DNA from: Auanema rhodensis
Taxonomy: Eukaryota; Animalia; Nematoda
NCBI GenBank assembly: GCA_964057225.1
Contig: OZ059900.1
Coordinates: 25,730,001 to 25,794,000, forward strand
Length of the DNA stretch: 64,000 bases
Direction of reading: 5' to 3'
Shown here: piece after piece, positions 54,373 through 64,000 of the stretch
How the letters are laid out: each line of letters starts with the position of its first letter
Position numbering within the stretch: the stretch's first letter is position 1
The notes under the pieces: generated by a model
The model's database searches: none
The model's input: only the letters and a program-made list of their open reading frames with translations
What the model was told of the DNA's origin: nothing
Program-made: the position numbers and the translations under genes

Positions 54373-55740
54373 CCTCAGAATATGCTAATTTCCTTAATTT
54401 TCTAACCCCTGTTTTTTTGTCGTGAAAGTGGAACTAGACGTTGTACGAACAATTTTGAGCTAGGTTTCATTGACATTGCATGAGTTTGAACACATGAAAT
54501 CGTAAGTCAAAACCTTGTTTACAGCGAAATTTCCAAAAACTGGTTTTCCAGCATAATACAATATTTCTCATGGGAAATACTGTGTTTTTGTATTTTTCTA
54601 GTGTTCAGAATGTAGAATGCTTCATTTTAGTACGTAACACGCTGAAATTCGTTGCATTTGACGACTCATATGAACAAAAATCGATTTAATCAATATTAGC
54701 CATAAGGGGCGTGCCCTCAGAATATGCTAATTTCCTTAATTTTCTAACCCCTGTTTTTTTGTCGTGAAAGTGGAACTAGACGTTGTACGAACAATTTTGA
54801 GCTAGGTTTCATTGACATTGCATGAGTTTGAACACATGAAATCGTAAGTCAAAACCTTGTTTACAGCGAAATTTCCAAAAACTGGTTTTCCAGCATAATA
54901 AAATATTTCTCATGGGAAATACTGTGTTTTTGTATTTTTCTAGTGTTCAGCATGTAAAATGCTTCATTTTAGTATGTAACACGCTGAAATTCGTTGCATT
55001 TGACGACTCATATGAACAAAAATCGATTTAATCAATATTAGCCATAAGGGGCGTGCCCTCAGAATATGCTAATTTCCTTAATTTTCTAACCCCTGTTTTT
55101 TTGTCGTGAAAGTGGAACTAGACGTTGTACGAACAATTTTGAGCTAGGTTTCATTGACATTGCATGAGTTTGAACACATGAAATCGTAAGTCAAAACCTT
55201 GTTTACAGCGAAATTTCCAAAAACTGGTTTTCCAGCATAATACAATATTTCTCATGGGAAACACTGTGTTTTTGTATTTTTTTAGTGTTCAGCATGTAAA
55301 ATGCGTCATTTTAGTATGTAAAACGCTGAAATTCGTTGCATTTGACGACTCATATGAACAAAAATCGATTTTATCAATATTAGCCATAAGGGGCGTGCCC
55401 TCAGAATATGCTAATTTCCTTAATTTTCTAACCCCTGTTTTTTTGTCGTGAAAGTGGAACTAGACGTTGTACGAACAATTTTGAGCTAGGTTTCATTGAC
55501 ATTGCATGAGTTTGAACACATGAAATCGTAAGTCAAAACCTTGTTTACAGCGAAATTTCCAAAAACTGGTTTTCCAGCATAATACAATATTTCTCATGGG
55601 AAATACCGTGTTTTTGTATTTTTCTAGTGTTCAGAATGTAGAATGCTTCATTTTAGTACGTAACACGCTGAAATTCGTTGCATTTGACGACTCATATGAA
55701 CAAAAATCGATTTAATCAATATTAGCCATAAGGGGCGTGC
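53005..55740. repeat. 8 of 10 monomers of the higher-order unit
   Basis: Order A(tttgtc), B(gata), C(gtga), A, B, C, A(aaacac), B(ccg). Confidence 0.68.
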
Positions 55741-58700
55741 CCTCAGAATATGCTAATTTCCTTAATTTTCTAACCCCTGTTTTTTTGTCGTGAAAGTGGA
55801 ACTAGACGTTGTAAGAACAATTTTGAGCTAGGTTTCATTGACATTGCATGAGTTTGAACACATGAAATCGTAAGTCAAAACCTTGTTTACAGCGAAATTT
55901 CCAAAAACTGGTTTTCCAGCATAATAAAATATTTCTCATGGGAAATACAGTGTTTTTGTATTTTTTTAGTGTTCAGCATGTGAAATGCGTCATTTTAGTA
56001 TGTAAAACGCTGAAATTCGTTGCATTTGACGACTCATATGAACAAAAATCGATTTTATCAATATTAGCCATAAGGGGCGTGCCCTCAGAATATGCTAATT
56101 TCCTTAATTTTCTAACCCCTGTTTTTTTGTCGTGAAAGTGGAACTAGACGTTGTACGAACAATTTTGAGCTAGGTTTCATTGACATTGCATGAGTTTGAA
56201 CACATGAAATCGTAAGTCAAAACCTTGTTTACAGCGAAATTTCCAAAAACTGGTTTTCCAGCATAATACAATATTTCTCATGGGAAATACTGTGTTTTTG
56301 TATTTTTCTAGTGTTCAGAATGTAGAATGCTTCATTTTAGTACGTAACACGCTGAAATTCGTCGCATTTGACGACTCATATGAACAAAAATCGATTTAAT
56401 CAATATTAGCCATAAGGGGCGTGCCCTCAGAATATGCTAATTTCCTTAATTTTCTAACCCCTGTTTTTTTGTCGTGAAAGTGGAACTAGACGTTGTACGA
56501 ACAATTTTGAGCTAGGTTTCATTGACATTGCATGAGTTTGAACACATGAAATCGTAAGTCAAAACCTTGTTTACAGCGAAATTTCCAAAAACTGGTTTTC
56601 CAGCATAATAAAATATTTCTCATGGGAAATACTGTGTTTTTGTATTTTTCTAGTGTTCAGCATGTAAAATGCTTCATTTTAGTATGTAACACGCTGAAAT
56701 TCGTTGCATTTGACGACTCATATGAACAAAAATCGATTTAATCAATATTAGCCATAAGGGGCGTGCCCTCAGAATATGCTAATTTCCTTAATTTTCTAAC
56801 CCCTGTTTTTTTGTCGTGAAAGTGGAACTAGACGTTGTACGAACAATTTTGAGCTAGGTTTCATTGACATTGCATGAGTTTGAACACATGAAATCGTAAG
56901 TCAAAACCTTGTTTACAGCGAAATTTCCAAAAACTGGTTTTCCAGCATAATAAAATATTTCTCATGGGAAATACTGTGTTTTTGTATTTTTCTAGTGTTC
57001 AGCATGTGAAATGCTTCATTTTAGTATGTAACACGCTGAAATTCGTTGCATTTGACGACTCATATGAACAAAAATCGATTTAATCAATATTAGCCATAAG
57101 GGGCGTGCCCTCATAATATGCTAATTTCCTTAATTTTCTAACCCCTGTTTTTTTGTCGTGAAAGTGGAACTAGACGTTGTACGAACAATTTTGAGCTAGG
57201 TTTCATTGACATTGCATGAGTTTGAACACATGAAATCGTAAGTCAAAACCTTGTTTACAGCGAAATTTCCAAAAACTGGTTTTCCAGCATAATAAAATAT
57301 TTCTCATGGGAAATACAGTGTTTTTGTATTTTTTTAGTGTTCAGCATGTAAAATGCGTCATTTTAGTATGTAAAACGCTGAAATTCGTTGCATTTGACGA
57401 CTCATATGAACAAAAATCGATTTTATCAATATTAGCCATAAGGGGCGTGCCCTCAGAATATGCTAATTTCCTTAATTTTCTAACCCCTGTTTTTTTGTCG
57501 TGAAAGTGGAACTAGACGTTGTATGAACAATTTTGAGCTAGGTTTCATTGACATTGCATGAGTTTGAACACATGAAATCGTAAGTCAAAACCTTGTTTAC
57601 AGCGAAATTTCCAAAAACTGGTTTTCCAGCATAATACAATATTTCTCATGGGAAATACTGTGTTTTTGTATTTTTCTAGTGTTCAGAATGTAGAATGCTT
57701 CATTTTAGTACGTAACACGCTGAAATTCGTTGCATTTGACGACTCATATGAACAAAAATCGATTTAATCAATATTAGCCATAAGGGGCGTGCCCTCAGAA
57801 TATGCTAATTTCCTTAATTTTCTAACCCCTGTTTTTTTGTCGTGAAAGTGGAACTAGACGTTGTACGAACAATTTTGAGCTAGGTTTCATTGACATTGCA
57901 TGAGTTTGAACACATGAAATCGTAAGTCAAAACCTTGTTTACAGCGAAATTTCCAAAAACTGGTTTTCCAGCATAATAAAATATTTCTCATGGGAAATAC
58001 TGTGTTTTTGTATTTTTCTAGTGTTCAGCATGTAAAATGCTTCATTTTAGTATGTAACACGCTGAAATTCGTTGCATTTGACGACTCATATGAACAAAAA
58101 TCGATTTAATCAATATTAGCCATAAGGGGCGTGCCCTCAGAATATGCTAATTTCCTTAATTTTCTAACCCCTGTTTTTTTGTCGTGAAAGTGGAACTAGA
58201 CGTTGTACGAACAATTTTGAGCTAGGTTTCATTGACATTGCATGAGTTTGAACACATGAAATCGTAAGTCAAAACCTTGTTTACAGCGAAATTTCCAAAA
58301 ACTGGTTTTCCAGCATAATAAAATATTTCTCATGGGAAATACAGTGTTTTTGTATTTTTTTAGTGTTCAGCATGTAAAATGCGTCATTTTAGTATGTAAA
58401 ACGCTGAAATTCGTTGCATTTGACGACTCATATGAACAAAAATCGATTTTATCAATATTAGCCATAAGGGGCGTGCCCTCAGAATATGCTAATTTCCTTA
58501 ATTTTCTAACCCCTGTTTTTTTGTCGTGAAAGTGGAACTAGACGTTGTACGAACAATTTTGAGCTAGGTTTCATTGACATTGCATGAGTTTGAACACATG
58601 AAATCGTAAGTCAAAACCTTGTTTACAGCGAAATTTCCAAAAACTGGTTTTCCAGCATAATACAATATTTCTCATGGGAAATACTGTGTTTTTGTATTTT

Positions 58701-59502
58701 TCTAGTGTTCAGAATGTAGAATGCTTCATTTTAGTACGTAAAACGCTGAAATTCGTTGCATTTGACGACTCATATGAACAAAAATCGATTTAATCAATAT
58801 TAGCCATAAGGGGCGTGCCCTCAGAATATGCTAATTTCCTTAATTTTCTAACCCCTGTTTTTTTGTCGTGAAAGTGGAACTAGACGTTGTACGAACAATT
58901 TTGAGCTAGGTTTCATTGACATTGCATGAGTTTGAACACATGAAATCGTAAGTCAAAACCTTGTTTACAGCGAAATTTCCAAAAACTGGTTTTCCAGCAT
59001 AATAAAATATTTCTCATGGGAAATACTGTGTTTTTGTATTTTTCTAGTGTTCAGCATGTAAAATGCTTCATTTTAGTATGTAACACGCTGAAATTCGTTG
59101 CATTTGACGACTCATATGAACAAAAATCGATTTAATCAATATTAGCCATAAGGGGCGTGCCCTCAGAATATGCTAATTTCCTTAATTTTCTAACCCCTGT
59201 TTTTTTGTCGTGAAAGTGGAACTAGACGTTGTACGAACAATTTTGAGCTAGGTTTCATTGACATTGCATGAGTTTGAACACATGAAATCGTAAGTCAAAA
59301 CCTTGTTTACAGCGAAATTTCCAAAAACTGGTTTTCCAGCATAATAAAATATTTCTCATGGGAAATACAGTGTTTTTGTATTTTTTTAGTGTTCAGCATG
59401 TAAAATGCGTCATTTTAGTATGTAAAACGCTGAAATTCGTTGCATTTGACGACTCATATGAACAAAAATCGATTTTATCAATATTAGCCATAAGGGGCGT
59501 GC

Positions 59503-59844
59503 CCTCAGAATATGCTAATTTCCTTAATTTTCTAACCCCTGTTTTTTTGTCGTGAAAGTGGAATTAGACGTTGTACGAACAATTTTGAGCTAGGTTTCAT
59601 TGACATTGCATGAGTTTGAACACATGAAATCGTAAGTCAAAACCTTGTTTACAGCGAAATTTCCAAAAACTGGTTTTCCAGCATAATAAAATATTTCTCA
59701 AGGGAAAAACTGTGTTTTTATATTTTTCTAGTGTTCAGCATGTGAAATGCTTAATTTTAGTATGTAACACGCTGAAATTCGTTGCATTTGACGACTCATA
59801 TGAACAAAAATCGATTTAATCAATATTAGCCATAAGGGGCGTGC
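59503..59844. repeat. Divergent monomer variant D (second copy at 60871-61212)
   Basis: Private linked changes m62 C>T, m199 T>A, m206 T>A, m218 G>A, m251 C>A on a C(gtga) background. Confidence 0.85.
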
Positions 59845-62800
59845 CCTCAGAATATGCTAATTTCCTTAATTTTCTAACCCCTGTTTTTTTGTCGTGAAAG
59901 TGGAACTAGACGTTGTACGAACAATTTTGAGCTAGGTTTCATTGACATTGCATGAGTTTGAACACATGAAATCGTAAGTCAAAACCTTGTTTACAGCGAA
60001 ATTTCCAAAAACTGGTTTTCCAGCATAATAAAATATTTCTCATGGGAAATACTGTGTTTTTGTATTTTTCTAGTGTTCAGCATGTAAAATGCTTCATTTT
60101 AGTATGTAACACGCTGAAATTCGTTGCATTTGACGACTCATATGAACAAAAATCGATTTAATCAATATTAGCCATAAGGGGCGTGCCCTCAGAATATGCT
60201 AATTTCCTTAATTTTCTAACCCCTGTTTTTTTGTCGTGAAAGTGGAACTAGACGTTGTACGAACAATTTTGAGCTAGGTTTCATTGACATTGCATGAGTT
60301 TGAACACATGAAATCGTAAGTCAAAACCTTGTTTACAGCGAAATTTCCAAAAACTGGTTTTCCAGCATAATACAATATTTCTCATGGGAAATACTGTGTT
60401 TTTGTATTTTTCTAGTGTTCAGAATGTAGAATGCTTCATTTTAGTACGTAAAACGCTGAAATTCGTTGCATTTGACGACTCATATGAACAAAAATCGATT
60501 TAATCAATATTAGCCATAAGGGGCGTGCCCTCAGAATATGCTAATTTCCTTAATTTTCTAACCCCTGTTTTTTTGTCGTGAAAGTGGAACTAGACGTTGT
60601 ACGAACAATTTTGAGCTAGGTTTCATTGACATTGCATGAGTTTGAACACATGAAATCGTAAGTCAAAACCTTGTTTACAGCGAAATTTCCAAAAACTGGT
60701 TTTCCAGCATAATAAAATATTTCTCATGGGAAATACAGTGTTTTTGTATTTTTTTAGTGTTCAGCATGTAAAATGCGTCATTTTAGTATGTAAAACGCTG
60801 AAATTCGTTGCATTTGACGACTCATATGAACAAAAATCGATTTTATCAATATTAGCCATAAGGGGCGTGCCCTCAGAATATGCTAATTTCCTTAATTTTC
60901 TAACCCCTGTTTTTTTGTCGTGAAAGTGGAATTAGACGTTGTACGAACAATTTTGAGCTAGGTTTCATTGACATTGCATGAGTTTGAACACATGAAATCG
61001 TAAGTCAAAACCTTGTTTACAGCGAAATTTCCAAAAACTGGTTATCCAGCATAATAAAATATTTCTCAAGGGAAAAACTGTGTTTTTATATTTTTCTAGT
61101 GTTCAGCATGTGAAATGCTTAATTTTAGTATGTAACACGCTGAAATTCGTTGCATTTGACGACTCATATGAACAAAAATCGATTTAATCAATATTAGCCA
61201 TAAGGGGCGTGCCCTCAGAATATGCTAATTTCCTTAATTTTCTAACCCCTGTTTTTTTGTCGTGAAAGTGGAACTAGACGTTGTACGAACAATTTTGAGC
61301 TAGGTTTCATTGACATTGCATGAGTTTGAACACATGAAATCGTAAGTCAAAACCTTGTTTACAGCGAAATTTCCAAAAACTGGTTTTCCAGCATAATAAA
61401 ATATTTCTCATGGGAAATACTGTGTTTTTGTATTTTTCTAGTGTTCAGCATGTAAAATGCTTCATTTTAGTATGTAACACGCTGAAATTCGTTGCATTTG
61501 ACGACTCATATGAACAAAAATCGATTTATTCAATATTAGCCATAAGGGGCGTGCCCTCAGAATATGCTAATTTCCTTAATTTTCTAACCCCTGTTTTTTT
61601 GTCGTGAAAGTGGAACTAGACGTTGTACGAACAATTTTGAGCTAGGTTTCATTGACATTGCATGAGTTTGAACACATGAAATCGTAAGTCAAAACCTTGT
61701 TTACAGCGAAATTTCCAAAAACTGGTTTTCCAGCATAATAAAATATTTCTCATGGGAAATACTGTGTTTTTGTATTTTTCTAGTGTTCAGCATGTGAAAT
61801 GCTTCATTTTAGTATGTAACACGCTGAAATTCGTTGCATTTGACGACTCATATGAACAAAAATCGATTTAATCAATATTAGCCATAAGGGGCGTGCCCTC
61901 ATAATATGCTAATTTCCTTAATTTTCTAACCCCTGTTTTTTTGTCGTGAAAGTGGAACTAGACGTTGTACGAACAATTTTGAGCTAGGTTTCATTGACAT
62001 TGCATGAGTTTGAACACATGAAATCGTAAGTCAAAACCTTGTTTACAGCGAAATTTCCAAAAACTGGTTTTCCAGCATAATAAAATATTTCTCATGGGAA
62101 ATACAGTGTTTTTGTATTTTTTTAGTGTTCAGCATGTAAAATGCGTCATTTTAGTATGTAAAACGCTGAAATTCGTTGCATTTGACGACTCATATGAACA
62201 AAAATCGATTTTATCAATATTAGCCATAAGGGGCGTGCCCTCAGAATATGCTAATTTCCTTAATTTTCTAACCCCTGTTTTTTTGTCGTGAAAGTGGAAC
62301 TAGACGTTGTATGAACAATTTTGAGCTAGGTTTCATTGACATTGCATGAGTTTGAACACATGAAATCGTAAGTCAAAACCTTGTTTACAGCGAAATTTCC
62401 AAAAACTGGTTTTCCAGCATAATACAATATTTCTCATGGGAAATACTGTGTTTTTGTATTTTTCTAGTGTTCAGAATGTAGAATGCTTCATTTTAGTACG
62501 TAACACGCTGAAATTCGTTGCATTTGACGACTCATATGAACAAAAATCGATTTAATCAATATTAGCCATAAGGGGCGTGCCCTCAGAATATGCTAATTTC
62601 CTTAATTTTCTAACCCCTGTTTTTTTGTCGTGAAAGTGGAACTAGACGTTGTACGAACAATTTTGAGCTAGGTTTCATTGACATTGCATGAGTTTGAACA
62701 CATGAAATCGTAAGTCAAAACCTTGTTTACAGCGAAATTTCCAAAAACTGGTTTTCCAGCATAATAAAATATTTCTCATGGGAAATACTGTGTTTTTGTA

Positions 62801-64000
62801 TTTTTCTAGTGTTCAGCATGTAAAATGCTTCATTTTAGTATGTAACACGCTGAAATTCGTTGCATTTGACGACTCATATGAACAAAAATCGATTTAATCA
62901 ATATTAGCCATAAGGGGCGTGCCCTCAGAATATGCTAATTTCCTTAATTTTCTAACCCCTGTTTTTTTGTCGTGAAAGTGGAACTAGACGTTGTACGAAC
63001 AATTTTGAGCTAGGTTTTATTGACATTGCATGAGTTTGAACACATGAAATCGTAAGTCAAAACCTTGTTTACAGCGAAATTTCCAAAAACTGGTTTTCCA
63101 GCATAATAAAATATTTCTCATGGGAAATACAGTGTTTTTGTATTTTTTTAGTGTTCAGCATGTAAAATGCGTCATTTTAGTATGTAAAACGCTGAAATTC
63201 GTTGCATTTGACGACTCATATGAACAAAAATCGATTTTATCAATATTAGCCATAAGGGGCGTGCCCTCAGAATATGCTAATTTCCTTAATTTTCTAACCC
63301 CTGTTTTTTTGTCGTGAAAGTGGAACTAGACGTTGTACGAACAATTTTGAGCTAGGTTTCATTGACATTCCATGAGTTTGAACACATGAAATCGTAAGTC
63401 AAAACCTTGTTTACAGCGAAATTTCCAAAAACTGGTTTTCCAGCATAATAAAATATTTCTCATGGGAAATACAGTGTTTTTGTATTTTTTTAGTGTTCAG
63501 CATGAAAAATATGTCATTTTAGTATGTAAAACGCTGAAATTCGTTGCATTTGACGACTCATATGAACAAAAATCGATTTTATCAATATTAGCCATAAGGG
63601 GCGTGCCCTCAGAATATGCTAATTTCCTTAATTTTCTAACCCCTGTTTTTTTGTCGTGAAAGTGGAACTAGACGTTGTACGAACAATTTTGAGCTAGGTT
63701 TCATTGACATTGCATGAGTTTGAACACATGAAATCGTAAGTCAAAACCTTGTTTACAGCGAAATTTCCAAAAACTGGTTTTCCAGCATAATACAATATTT
63801 CTCATGGGAAATACTGTGTTTTTGTATTTTTCTAGTGTTCAGAATGTAGAATGCTTCATTTTAGTACGTAAAACGCTGAAATTCGTTGCATTTGACGACT
63901 CATATGAACAAAAATCGATTTAATCAATATTAGCCATAAGGGGCGTGCCCTCAGAATATGCTAATTTCCTTAATTTTCTAACCCCTGTTTTTTTGTCGTG

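Larger units (their letters stand above)
1..64000. repeat. Tandem satellite DNA array, 342-bp monomer, 187 full copies + 52 bp partial, running off both window ends
   Basis: CCTCAGAATATGC recurs at 1, 343, 685 ... 63949. ORF-track start spacings are all multiples of 342 or one less. 1+187x342-6=63949 fits six 1-bp deletions. No inversions or foreign insertions seen. Confidence 0.99.

Noticed and set aside
198-63659. 68 near-identical 65-aa ORFs as a protein-coding gene family
   Set aside because: They are one frame of the satellite monomer, broken in most copies, with no recognisable homology; not annotated as CDS.
1-64000. CRISPR-like array (constant block plus variable block)
   Set aside because: The variable segments are near-identical alleles rather than unique spacers, the unit is far too long, and there are no cas genes.
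1-64000. Artefactual concatemer (rolling-circle or assembly loop)
   Set aside because: Copies carry linked, regionally structured, heritable variants rather than random errors or exact identity, although the exact order still needs read validation.

Overview
The whole 64 kb window is one uninterrupted, head-to-tail, single-orientation tandem array of a 342-bp AT-rich monomer (about 34% GC by hand count). It holds 187 complete copies plus a 52-bp partial copy, and copies differ at only a few positions. This is eukaryote-type satellite DNA, plausibly centromeric or pericentromeric; I cannot assign a named family or host. I see no credible genes, RNA genes, transposons or CRISPR arrays; the 68 listed 65-aa ORFs are copies of one repeat-derived frame toggled by a single TTA/TAA SNP. 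The structure of interest is: (i) three monomer haplotypes (A/B/C) and sub-variants in non-random order, from which a decaying 10-monomer (~3.42 kb) higher-order repeat can be reconstructed; (ii) common polymorphism confined to ~130 bp of the monomer, overlapping short inverted repeats, with many alleles creating or extending palindromes; (iii) traces of an ancient ~171-bp dimer and ~10.5-bp-phased A/T tracts; (iv) regional marker SNPs that record local and long-range duplications. Monomer positions (m1-m342) refer to the copy at window 1-342. All typing was done by eye and needs computational confirmation.
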